Source: Paraspadella gotoi (lineage: Eukaryota; Animalia; Chaetognatha). Taken from it: a DNA stretch of 64,000 nucleotides. The notes below the pieces were generated by a model. It saw nothing but the letters and a program-made list of their open reading frames with translations, had not been told where the DNA came from and did no database searches. The stretch lies in contig CM119269.1 in the NCBI GenBank assembly GCA_051294375.1, positions 10,165,056 through 10,229,055 on the forward strand, read 5' to 3'. Both the position numbers and the translations under genes were made by a program. Below are positions 11,739-25,400 of this stretch, in pieces (the stretch's first letter is position 1; each line of letters begins with the position of its first letter).

Positions 11739-14700
11739 GTAACAAGGATGAGACATGGTGTGAAAGATATAACAGATTGAATACTGAATATCCAAATGGA
11801 TTGAATTATTACAATAGTTTATTAGATGGACGAGCTCAAGTGAGTAAATCTATTTCCTTTATTTAATCTAAATTTTATTTCATATATAGTTTTCTACTCT
11901 TTTTCAAAATTTTTCAAAAAATTGACCACTTAAATCTTTTTAGTTCTTTAACCTCCAGTATTTTATTATATTATCAGAATGAATATTTAAATAAACAGTT
12001 AAGAATGTAAAAGTAAGTAATTAGAATAAATAAAATAAATATAATATAAATATAAATATAATCAATTTAATTAAAATAAATATATTAATCGTTAGGTTAA
12101 AATCCTTTTTAACTGTTAATAACCTTTAGCGGTTATCGTAATCCTAATCGATAGGGCTTGATATGTTATTGGAACCGATCTGATAAAGATTTGTCTGTCT
12201 CGCCCACGTATGCTGCTGTGCATAGGCCGCCCAATAGATGGCTCCTGATGTTTTCGGTCTTGAGATTTTGTCTTTCACCATTTGCTCACTTAAAGAACCG
12301 CGGGTCGTCACTGAAGTGGAGATCCCCTGCTTTGCCAGCACCCGCACCAATGATTCAGTGATCCCTTGGTGGTAGGGGCGGGACAGGTGACTCACGTTCT
12401 TGAGACGCTTCTGCCTATCTCCCGGTTGCGCTATGGTGGGCGCGGTTGGTCCTTCAACAGTAAGGTCTTGTTCTTCCTCCTGGGGGGGTGGAGGTTGAAC
12501 CTGCGTCAGCGGTTACTTGGACAATGGACAGCCGCTTGATGGCCACTGACCTCAGCCAGGTACTGCCCGAACCTTGCCTTCTCGAACTCCCACAGAGGGT
12601 AACCATTGATCGCCAGGGCTCTTTTGACATGCTCAAGCTCGGCAGCCTGAAGCTCGGGAGTCGACTGAATCAGAGCGGCTCTCCTGGTAAGGGACCTGAC
12701 CGTGGCCAGCTTGTGCGACAAGGGAGCATGAGAATCAAAGGGAATGTATTGGTCACTGGTCAATGGTCACTGTGTGTCAATTGGTCAGTGTGGGTCGGTT
12801 TGCGATATACTTAAAATTCCAATGAGCCGCCCTCTTTGCGCTTTATAAGCACATCGAGCATTGGACCATTTGACCATTGTCCTCCTTTTCACATGTCCAC
12901 GTGGTGCTAGCTTATATGCTGTTTAGATGGGTCAATAAGGTCTCAATGAGATCATTGCGCACGGCCAGGATGGTATCGTCTGCTTTCGAATACAATCAAC
13001 AACTTAAGGCTTTGTGACGAGGGTTTCCAAACCTACCTAATTTAAACATAAGACATTCCTTCTTTTAAATTTTTATAATCAAAATACGTAAAAATAATGT
13101 ATAAGCTATGCGCACATATTTTGAATATTTTTTTCTTTAGGAATGCGATGACGATGGACAGTTTGAGCCTACTTATTGCAACACAACTCATTGCATGTGC
13201 GTCAATGTCTATGGAATGATCAATGATTCTTCAGCCTTGGCCATTGCAAACGAATTAAGTTGTCCATCAGGTCTTTTAATCAATATTTTTAGCCGGATCT
13301 GCTTAAAGCAGATCTAGGCTCCAAAATTCACTCTGTGGGTCCGTCGGTTCGCCCCAACATCGATGATGATAAGTTGAATATAAATTTAAAATTAATTATT
13401 ACATATTAAAATTAATTAATTAATTAATAGATTAATTAATTAATTAATTAAATATCGTAGGCAGATCCGACATTGTTTGCTCAAACTTGTTCTTTTACAT
13501 CCTTTCTGCCCTGCCGATTGTGNNNNNNNNNNNNNNNNNNNNNNNNNNNNNNNNNNNNNNNNNNNNNNNNNNNNNNNNNNNNNNNNNNNNNNNNNNNNNN
13601 NNNNNNNNNNNNNNNNNNNNNNNNNNNNNNNNNNNNNNNNNNNNNNNNNNNNNNNNNNNNNNNNNNNNNNNNNNNNNNNNNNNNNNNNNNNNNNNNNNNN
13701 NNNNNNNNNNNNNNNNNNNNNNNNNNNNNNNNNNNNNNNNNNNNNNNNNNNNNNNNNNNNNNNNNNNNNNNNNNNNNNNNNNNNNNNNNNNNNNNNNNNN
13801 NNNNNNNNNNNNNNNNNNNNNNNNNNNNNNNNNNNNNNNNNNNNNNNNNNNNNNNNNNNNNNNNNNNNNNNNNNNNNNNNNNNNNNNNNNNNNNNNNNNN
13901 NNNNNNNNNNNNNNNNNNNNNNNNNNNNNNNNNNNNNNNNNNNNNNNNNNNNNNNNNNNNNNNNNNNNNNNNNNNNNNNNNNNNNNNNNNNNNNNNNNNN
14001 NNNNNNNNNNNNNNNNNNNNNNNNNNNNNNNNNNNNNNNNNNNNNNNNNNNNNNNNNNNNNNNNNNNNNNNNNNNNNNNNNNNNNNNNNNNNNNNNNNNN
14101 NNNNNNNNNNNNNNNNNNNNNNNNNNNNNNNNNNNNNNNNNNNNNNNNNNNNNNNNNNNNNNNNNNNNNNNNNNNNNNNNNNNNNNNGCATCTGCTTGAT
14201 TCAAAGCACAGGATCCCGGACCTTATGAACTCATCTTTGTCGGTCCGTCGGTCCGCCTCCCGTCCAATATTGCGGGCACCAACACTTATATCATGTCAGA
14301 ATATCGAATTATATGATTAATTATTGCAAAAAAACGATGGTTCCGGTCCGTCCGTCCGCTCGCGTCCGCTCCGTCGTCCGTCCGGTTCCGTCCCCCTTTA
14401 GCAAAAAACTCCAATTACTTCGTGATTTGGATGGATGGATTGAGTATGAAATTTTGTGTGTGAGAGGAAAGCTGCTTGTGATTTTGAGATGGATATGAAG
14501 TTTCGAGGGAATCGTGCGAGTGGAAATTGGTTTATAATGCTCGAAAAAACAAAAAAATATATTTCACTATTTGAACGCCAATTGCTCATGAGGCATTGGA
14601 TGGCCAATTGACTGAAACTTTGTGATTGATGGTAGGAAAGTGTGTGATTGAGCTGGATATAAAGGTTCTGATGTGAATCGTGCGAGTGGGAAATGAGTTA

Positions 14701-16157
14701 AAATGGAAAAAACAAAAGTCATATTTACCTTAAAGTATTTTTACTTAAATTTACTCATAATTATTATTGTTTATTAAAATTGGATAGATAAATCGAAATT
14801 GAATTGGGTGTGGTAAGAAAGTATGTGATAAAGCTGGATATAAATTTTTTGATGGAATCGTGAGAGTGGAAAAGAGTTCAAATTAGAAAACCAAAAGACA
14901 CACTTTATTTGAATTTTTTAAAGTTTCTCTCTCTCTATCTCTTTCTGATGATTGATGTGATTGATTGATTGATTGACCAAATTATGCCAATTGACAAAAA
15001 TATGCCAGTTGACCAATTCTTAAAGTTGACCAAATTCTGCAAGTTGATCAAGTTCTGCAAGTTGACCAAATTAGGCCAGTTTGATAAGAATTATGCCAGT
15101 TGACACAATTATGCTGGTTGACCAAATTATCTTAATTGATTAAATTATGTCAGCTGACACAATTATGTCAGTTGACCAAATTATGTCAGTAGACCAAATT
15201 TAGTAAGTTAACCAAATTATGTCAGTTGACCAAATTATGCAAGTTGACCAAGTTAGCTTATTACCATCTAATTATCGATTGACCTGGAATTTTGTATGTG
15301 AGTAGAAATGTGGTGATTGAACAGGAAACCAAGTTTCGATGGAATCTTTTGAGTGGAAATGAGTTTAAATGGAAAAAAACAAAAATCTGTTTCACTAATT
15401 GATTATGATTCTTTTTCCTTTTATATTAAATGTATATGCAGGAAGTATTAATAAATCAAATAATTAATTAGTTTATTAATAAATTATTCAATTAATTAAT
15501 CCATAATTAATTAATCAGTCAATCAATCCGTCCATCCGTTCCACCTTAGCAAAAAGATCCAATAAACTCGTGATTGGCTGGTTGGATTGCAATGAAATTT
15601 CGTGTGAGTGGAAATGAGTTTAAGTGGAAAAAAACATAAGTCGCATTTACTAAAAATATTTTACTTATTTTAACCAATAAGTTCTAATTAATCATAATTG
15701 GATGGATAGATTGAGTTCAAATTTTATGTGTGGGTATAAAAATGTGGAACGTGCTTGATATAAAGTTTCGATGGAAACGTATGAGTGGAAATGAATTTAA
15801 ATGAAAAAAAATATGAGTCACATTTACTTGAATCTTTTTATTTTATTTATACCCATAATAGATTGAGATGAATTTTGTGAGCGGGTAGGAAAGTGTGTGA
15901 AGAAGCTAGATATAAAGTTCTGACGGAATTGTGCCAGTGGAAATGAGTTTAAATGGAAAAAACATAAGTCACATTTACTCGAATCTTTATTATTATTGAT
16001 TACTAATTTATGATTACTAATAAATGTTTTAATTAATTAATTAATTAATGTGAAAAATGATGAATTTAAAAAAATTATGCAAGTTGAAAAAATGATGCTA
16101 GCAGAAAAATGATGGAAGTTAAAAAATCCTAAAGCATAAGGATCGTCGCAATTGCAA

Positions 16158-16189
<32 letters not shown>

Positions 16190-16296
16190 CAGAAAAATGA
16201 GCATAAGGATCATCGCAATTGCAAAGAGAGAGAGAGAGGAGAGAGAGAGAAAGAAAGAGAGCAGAAAAATGAGCATAAGGATCGTCGCAATTGCAA

Positions 16297-16334
<38 letters not shown>

Positions 16335-16367
16335 AGGAAAATGAGCATAAGGATCGTTGCAATTGCA

Positions 16368-16402
<35 letters not shown>

Positions 16403-19400
16403 CCGAGATAAAAATTAGCGAATAAAAAAGTTGTTATTTTACTCACTGAATAAAAATACTTAAAATACTTACAAAATACATAAAATTGATAAAATTATTA
16501 TTCTGATAACATTGTTTAATCACATGCAATATATCTTGTAAGGCGGGCCAAAATTGAACACTTTTATAACTTCTAGTTCTCTCAAAAAAATTTCTTTTTC
16601 CTTTTACTACTAAATCGATTTTCAATGTAACTTTTTGAATTAGTTCATTGGGTTGTTGCTCTGAAGCTTTTAAATATTTTATTAATAATATAATAATTAT
16701 ATAAAGTTTTGACGGAATTGTGCTAGTGGAAAGGAGTTTAGATGGAAAAAACATAAGTGTGGCAGCAAGACTTAAAGCTGCCTCACTGCTGTCCGTCCTC
16801 AGCCTCGTCTCATGGCTGAGCAGGCTAAATCATCTCATTCCATCCGTGCGTCCCGGGTTCAATCCTGGGTATCCCGGTTCTGGCTTAAATGCGATCTTCT
16901 CTGCTTTCGACTAAAAAAAGTGCTATTTCTGAAACCTGTAAAATCTCAAAACAGTTCATGTGGTAGGTCAGCAAAATCCGATCAAAGATGGATTTTTTAA
17001 AATGCTAATTATAAATAGAATTAGTTTTTAAAAATATTTAACATATAAATATTTTCGTAGTTTTAGTGAATGTTTTTAATTTGAATGTCTATATATCTAA
17101 CATTATCTCTGAATCATGAGCTTTAATTTTAGACCTCACCCAACTTTCTACGATTTTATAACTTAAATCAGCTCAGAACATCAAACTGTGATAAATCATG
17201 CATGACATGTCGAAATTCTTCGCGCTGCTTCCTTATTTGAACCTAGTGAGGCGACTTACCACCGGTCTCTCTCTCTAAACCCTNNNNNNNNNNNNNNNNN
17301 NNNNNNNNTGCGTAATAATATCACAGTAACCAAATGAAGTCCGAAGCTCTCTTAATGCTTCCCATCGGTTGAATCCGAATATTTTTCTGATACCATCATT
17401 AATAGCAACATTAATTCTGTTTCATGTCTCTAGCCAAAAAAGATTTTACCTCCATAGCCATATAGTAGTTATAGGACACAATTTGTATAAAACAATTTCA
17501 ATAGAACATCTTCAGATGGTTTATACAAAGCATTAATTTAAACAATTTACTAGATCGATATAAAGATGAGAGTTCTTTGCTGAGTGTAGAAGACGAAAAA
17601 TAGTAATAATAAAAGTAAGAAGGAAGGTGAAGATTGTGACGATGTAATTGGAAGTAGAAAAGTAAGTGATGTCTAAGCTTCTCTCGCTGTGCCACTCTTT
17701 ATCATGCCGCCGGAGCCACTTGACCTTGACGTCGCCATCCGGCGCTTATTACTCGTGTTCGCGATCAATCTAAGGTAATTGCCAAAGCTGCAGGGCAAAG
17801 TGAAGCCGTGTGGATTTGACCGGCTCGGAGAACAGAGGAGAGAGCGAAGGGTTCTTTAACTTTGTTTTGTCTTTAGACTTAGCTTTGTTTTTATGCTTAT
17901 GTATGTACTGAATCAACCTTGTTGTATTCAAAATAAAACGCATATTCGCCTCCCTACCCGGGTTTTAGCCCGGTGGTCGGCTCGGGGCGCTTTACCCGCC
18001 GGTAACACGGTAACACAGCCTGATCCGAAGCTCAGGGACTGCTTATATTGAATGGTTTTGTCACTAATTCAGCGTCCTTCAATCGAAACTAAAGTCAGCC
18101 AGCAAATAAGTGAACGAATCGAGAGAGGCACAAACAAATTGCGTTATATATCAATTAATTAATCATCTGATTAACTGCTTATCGCTAAATGATCGTAAGC
18201 ATATCCAGCTATGTTTGCTCCAAATTGTTACTTTCATCTTCAACTGCAACAAGATAATGATAAAACTAATAAACTAAAAATGGCTAAATAATTAAATGCA
18301 CTTTTTATATTTTTGATTACAGAATTTACTACTTGTACTCCACTGAAAGCCTATACTTTTGCTTGGTGTTTCAAATATGGGCACATTTTAGATGAAGATG
18401 GATGCCCGACAGAGAAATGTTATGATCCTTGCGAGGTGCAGTATGAAAANNNNNNNNNNTTGAAATGTTTTATCATTGTTACCCTTGTATGACATTGTGT
18501 ATTATAAGGAGTTGTGATAATAGTATTTGCTTCAAAGTTGCAACACAATTTAAATTAAATTAATCAAAAGATTAAAATAGAGATCTCTTTTTCAGGGTGT
18601 TCAATGCGGGGAATACTTATTTTGCGATGCAGATCCTTTTTATAACTGCTCGATGCCTTGCTCTAATCCAAACCCAACTTGTATATTTGAGGTAAAAGAA
18701 TTTCAATTCAATTTTTGAATTTCAGCTCTTTTTTCCAAAAGCGGCCCATTTTCGTTCCTTAATCCTTGATAATGAGGTTAACCTTATAATTAAATTTTAA
18801 TCTGTTATTAAACTTCTAACTAAATCAATAACTTTAATTTCTAATCTTCAACATAATCCTAACTTTATATTTAAAAGATTAATCTTTTACCTTAATTATC
18901 TAAATATAAAGCAATATCCTTAACTGTAATCCTTAAACTTATCCTAAACTTTTATATATAACTTAATTGTTAACTTAAATAATTAAGCTTAAAAATTATT
19001 TTAATTCCGAATTGAAGATGAAATGGGGCGCTCTGGGAAAATAAGGCCGGAACTTCCGAAGGGCTTTACAGGAAATCGTGCATTAATTGAATAAACAGTT
19101 TTATGGTTCAAAATAACATCAAGAGAGAGCTAGAAACATAGTTAATAAAATTATTGATTAATTTAAGCAAAAATTAAACACAAAGGTTTAATAATATATC
19201 AAAATAAAGCACTAGGTATCCTCAACTATCATTTAAATTAGTTTTCAGTTTGTGATCTCCTGTTCATTGCGTTAAATTTTCAGATTTTGGTTTTAATGAC
19301 TATTAATTTTTTGTTTATATTAAACTATGGTGGACTAAAATCCACCAACCGTTCATCAGCGGCCATTGGTGCCGGAGGCAAGTCATTCGCCTCCCAACCC

Positions 19401-22400
19401 AAAGGTCCGGGGTTCTAGCCCGGTGGTCGTCTGGCAGTTAAGAGGGACGGGGCGCTTAACCCGCCTGTAACATGGTGTTACAGCCTGATCCGAAGCTCAG
19501 GGACTGCTTATATTGAACGGTTCTGTCACTAACACAATAATAATCACTGTTTCTTCAAAACCTTAATATTTTTTTAATCTTTGCAGAAAAGACACTTTTG
19601 TCGGACCTCTAATTGGGCTCCGGATCCACTAATGAGAGACAATGTAACAATATTTACTTGTGATGGGCTCACTTTAACTGGATGTCCTCCGGGTTACAGA
19701 TGTCAGATCGAAGGTCTGAACCCTAATGAAAAAAATGATGGGTTTTGCTGCCCGGAGTTTGGTAAGATTTTGTAATCTTTGCTGTCATTCTTCAAATATT
19801 TTTTTAAAAAATTTGTCATAACTAATGTATTAAGATACAGCCATAATTTTTAGAAGCGTCAATGATGTTTAGGTTCAGGTCAGTGATTAAGGTTATTGGT
19901 TAGTTGAGAATTTGTTTAAAAAAATAATAGTAAAATTAAGTTTTGGGATTATGGAACTGAAATGGGACGCTTTTGAAAAGAAATACCAAATTTTAACTAA
20001 AATTTTTTGGGGTAATTCCAAATATCTCTGTTTTTAAAAAATAATGAAGTGATAAAGTAAAAGTTAAATAATAAAATAATCCTAATAATATATTTGTTTT
20101 ATTAGAAATTAACTATTTTTATTCTTCTTAAGACGCAGAGACAGATCACGCTTAATTTGCTTCCCACCCTACTTATGATCATTTTTACTTCACTCGTCGC
20201 CATATTTGATTCATAATCTTTTAGCTATAGTTGTTGTTTGGTACTCGGAGACCTAAGGTACTGTCTCCATGAGCGTTAACCGCCCGCAAGAAGGGCAATA
20301 GGGTCAGGAAAAGAAGAAATCTGACAAAAAGTCCAGAAAAATGCTTATAAAAAATTGTAGTAGCGTTATGTTAGGAGCCTTGGTTACCTTACAAATATAC
20401 ATAATGAGCTTTAACAATAGATATTCATTATCTCCAGAAAAAGAGCAATATTTCAGACCCATTAGTAAATATTTTTTTATCTGGGAATAGTACAAAATAT
20501 GCAAATGAATGATGATACTAGAATTACAAAAGAATTTTTTCTTTTTATCTATATTTGAACTTGTTCATTGTAATAGATCATCATCATCAACAGCAAAGAT
20601 TTTCAAAAAGATTTTTCAAAAGAGCAATCTTTTGCCAATATGCATGATAAATTTGGCTGCTTAATAGGCAAGAATAATATGCTTAATTATTTTTTAATTA
20701 TTAAAGAAGATAGAATAATTCAATATTTGAAAAAAAAATTTTTGTGTTCAGAAATTTTGGATCTAGACTATGAACCAAAATTTTGCATTTTGAAAAAAAT
20801 CAGATTCAAGGCATTTGATTTTGGAACAATCTGATGTTTTTTGTTTTTTAATATCTTTATTTTTTATGCAAAACTAAAATTCTGAATGACCATTGGTCAA
20901 GAAGAATAATTTTTTCCCAAATCTTTAAAGAAGTAAAGCATTGCTCAAATTGAGAATATTAAATGTTTTATATAAAAAAAATAATAAAAGCTTAAAATAA
21001 AATAGAATTTGAAAAATATATGTTTGTATTTGTATCTATTTAAAATTGTAATATGATAAACAAGCAGTGGGTCAAGCTTTTTGTTTCCAGTTAAAAATAA
21101 TGAAAAATGATTATTTTTTTTCACAGACAAAAAGGTAGACAACCAAACTGTTTATATTAAACTTTTAATTTATAATTTTACATATTTAAAATAACATTTT
21201 ATCATGCTACTATATGTATTTTGGCTTGTTTTTTACTTTAACTAAAAAATATATGCAAATTTATGGAGTAAAAGAGCTTTATTGGTAATCAAAATGTAAT
21301 TCAATTTTTCTTTTTTCCAAATCTGAAAGAAAAACAAAAAAAATTATATGCCTTCATTAAAATTTTTAACTCCGAAAACTGTTATACTTTTAACTAGGTT
21401 TTAAACAAACCTTGTCTTAACATTTTTGGATAAAATTTATAGAAACTAGTTCAGAAAGGTGCCCCATGATTAGGGCTTTAATTTTATACCTCGCCCACCA
21501 TCCTATCTCTTTTCTTTCAAAAGTTATGCTAAAAATTAACTTTTTTTATCATCGGAGAACTAAGGATTTGAACTACGCAGTACAAATCTTAATTAAATAA
21601 AAATTTTGGCAAAGCGGGAATATCTATATTTATCCTATTTGTATAATACCTAAATTTCAAAATAAAAACTAAAGAAAAATTTTTAATCATCTAGAGACAT
21701 ATCACTTTCAGTTATACCCATCGTCTTACTCGTTTATGGCTTATGGTTTAAGAATTCAGAGAAATAAAGTATCTAGTCCAAATTTCAACTTTTACACTGT
21801 ATTTTACTGTATCATTCTAGCCAAATCATATTTTGCATGTATTTGTCCAGCATAACTGTCAGGAAGGAATGGCTTGTTAGTACAAATGGTCAGACAAAGT
21901 AAATTCAATGACCGATAATTTTTTTTTCGTGCACATGAAATTAAGCGTGATCTGTCTCTGCGTCTTAAATAAATTAATTTATAAAATAAATGAAATAACG
22001 TTAATTTTACTTTAGCCGACCAGGGTTAAAGGTGAGGGTTAAGAGGAAAGGTCATTCAGCATAACAATATGTAATCATTGATGTGTTAGAGCTAATATAT
22101 CGAGAAATACATTATAGTCATCAGTAATCACAAAAAAATAAGTTCTTATTATATGTAAACATTCCGTTTTCAATAATTTTTTTAAATGGTAAATAACAAA
22201 ATGTTAAGTTAAATGGGTTAGCACATTTTTTAAAGATTAGTTTTTAATCTGATTGTTAAAAAATTCTAGTTAAGAAGTTAAAACACGGTAAGGATAATTA
22301 AAAGGGGAGAATTAAACAATTAATCTTGTTACTTCGTTTGGTTTCCAGTCATGAACAAAATCTTCAGTTAAATAGATGGTAAAGAAATTCGAGCTACAAT

Positions 22401-25400
22401 GAATCTACACTGAATTTGAAGAGTTGCAGCCTAAACGACTGCAATAATATTGAATTAAAAATTTGATTAGCAATCTAAAAACATTTGTAAAAATGTAATA
22501 GAGAGACATTTGATAAACGCGTTCCAGTTAGAAAGAATTCAGGGTTAAAGTTTAAAAACGTTTCATTTTCAAGGTTACAAGTTGAAATTTAAAAATGTCT
22601 CTCTATTACATTTTTCTAATTCAGTAATAAAAAATTCATAAAAAATATCATATGGATTGGTCTTTTCGTTTGACCTGCAACTCTTCAGATAGGTTTCTTT
22701 TATTTATATTATAATTAAACCGATATAAAATGGGGTAGAATGCATCAAATGCTTAAAGTGGATACATTTTCGGAATCGCCAGGACTCAGCTTTCTGAATT
22801 GTACTCCATTTTAGCCTATTTGAAGTTGAATTGAATGACCCTTTTTCTTAAGGGTGGTTTGGGGTGGTTTAAGGTTAGAGTGGTTAAGGTTTAAAGTGTT
22901 AGTTGGGAAATAATTTTATTAATTTTATTTTAAATATAAATATTTTTAAGTGTTTTTCAAAGACGCCAAAACCCCTGTCGGTGAAAGTAAAATTTAACTA
23001 ATGTATGCTATGATAATTATAAGGTTAGATAGCATTATGCATCCTTTATTTCTCAGACTGTAGAGCTCAATATTACGGATATACATATCGGGGGATAAAA
23101 TCTACTACAAGCGAAGGATATAAATGTCAAGCATGGAACACTCATACACCTCAACGGCATTCGTATACACAAGACAGCGATTTTTTGGGTAAGCTCAACG
23201 CTTTTCCTCATAAGATATAAGAAAAAATAAAAATATTGCAGTTTTACAACATAAAAAAAGATTTATAGATTACTTTCATAGTTATACCGTTTTTGCAGTT
23301 ATCTGCTTTGAATAGCCATAGCCGATTAAATTTAAATGCTAATGTATACCACGTTAAAATAATCTATCATGAGCATAGATTATAGTGTTAAAATATTTTT
23401 TGTCAAAAATTATTTTTTGTTAGAGTACTCGCCTAATCAAAATTATTATATTACTATATAAAAAACATTTTTATGGTGAAATCTTAAAATTTTTTAATGG
23501 ATTCTGATAGAGCATTAAAAGTTAAACAAGAAATATAATACAGTTTTTAAAAATTCTTATGTTTTCTTAGTAAAATTTTTAAATACTGATAAAATCATTG
23601 AAAGATGATAATGATGATGATTTTTTACAGTTTTTCTTATTTTTGACCTACTTATAATAAAAATTTTTAAAAAAGATTTATACTTTGTGCAGATAACTTT
23701 TTATGAGCTATCTGAATCTGGTCTTAAAAAAATTTTTGGCCTTTCCTATCTATAATAAATATTAAAATATTAATTACTAGGGTATAGAGCCATATAAAAA
23801 AATTTTGTTCATTGAAAGTATACTTAAAATGTAAAAATTTTCGTTTAAGCTTGTACTCACTCTAAATTTTTGACTTACCCCATTGAGTGCGGCTACCCAA
23901 CTTTAAACAATCTATCTCGTATCTCTGTCGTCCTTTATTTTAAAACCAAGACAAAGATCCTTCATTTGATCCCAAAACGAGGTTTCAAAGCCAAATATTA
24001 TAGAAGCTATACTTTATTAGTCGGATCTGCTTGTCAGCAGATCCCGTCACTATAATTGACTTTGTCGGTCCGTCAGTCCGCCCCCCCAATCTTGTCGGGA
24101 ATTCGCTTATATCATGTCAGAACATCGAATTATGATAAATTATGCAAAAAAAACGATATCATGATAGATTATTTTAACGCTGTATACATTAGCGTTTAAA
24201 TTTCATCGGCTATGGCTACCAACACAGAGTTGTGGAAAGGATAGTGGTCAGAGGTGAGGACAGGCTGATAGTAAGGACAGATTGAGTGAGTTTGAAAAAT
24301 AAGTGAAAATGATTAGAGAGAGAGAGTGAAACAGTTGGTAAATAATACATTGTGCAATGTACAATAAGGCGTAGTAAAATTTCTAAATTTGACTTTAATT
24401 AAAATTCTCTCTCTCCTTACCTTCACCTGTCCTCAATCTGACCACTGTCCTTATCTCAACCTTTGTTGGAAGCTTTATCTCTCTCTCTCTTTTCTCTCTC
24501 GCTCTGTCTCTCTCTCTCTCTCTCAATCTCTCTCTCTCTCTCTCTCTCTGACTCAATGTTAAGAGAAAAATTTGTCTGATTAATCAAACGCTGATGAAGG
24601 CTTATACTTAAAGCCGAAACATGTCCTATGTAAAAATAAATCGTTGTACATAAACAAATAAACTTTGTCTTTCTCTAATTAAAATTCTAAAAGTGAGGAA
24701 CAAATAATATTATACTAATGAACATTTATGTAATAAAAAAAATTATAATAAATTTTACAATTTATGCAGTAGGCCATATTTATACTAGTACTAAACCAAC
24801 AAATGTTAAATTTCAAAACAGTTTTTTCTAAATTTTTTTTCAAATTTGGATTCGTCATAAAAAGTTGATAAAAAGAAATATAACTCTTTTTGAAAAATTC
24901 CTTCATTAAGTGGGTCAAAAATTAGAAAAAAGCTATATTTTTAAGCTGAAAATTAACTTTTTATTATTAAATATAGTTTTTTAATTTTAACCACTTAATA
25001 AAAGAATTTTTAAAAATGATTTATATTTTCTTTTATCAACTTTTGACGAGAAATTCAAATCTGCAAGCAAAATTAAGAAAAGCCTATTTTGAATTTTTCG
25101 ATTTATAAGGATAAGTACTATATAATAATACAGCCTACTGCGAAAATTAAAAAACATAAAATAATTTTTTTTTACAAATTAATGTTCACTGATGGTATGT
25201 TGTTCATATTTAACTTTTAGATTTTCGTATGTAACTTTCACTACGCCTTAATGTACAACAAATATATAATTTTGAAAACTGAATAATAATTAAATGTTAA
25301 CAATTAACTAATAATAAATAAATCAATAAATCAATAAATGACAGAGAAAGAAAGGTTGAAATTTGAAAAAGATACAATTGGTGAGGGATAGCTAAGTAAG

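Noticed and set aside
13440-14320. Long ORFs
   Set aside because: Artefacts of the N-gap.
19359-19430. Functional tRNA-Gly(CCC) gene
   Set aside because: The anticodon and D stems do not pair properly and it is always attached to the repeat body, so it is treated as a SINE head. The same applies to tRNA-like heads at ~3455-3520 (-), ~16800-16870, 27296 and 41048.
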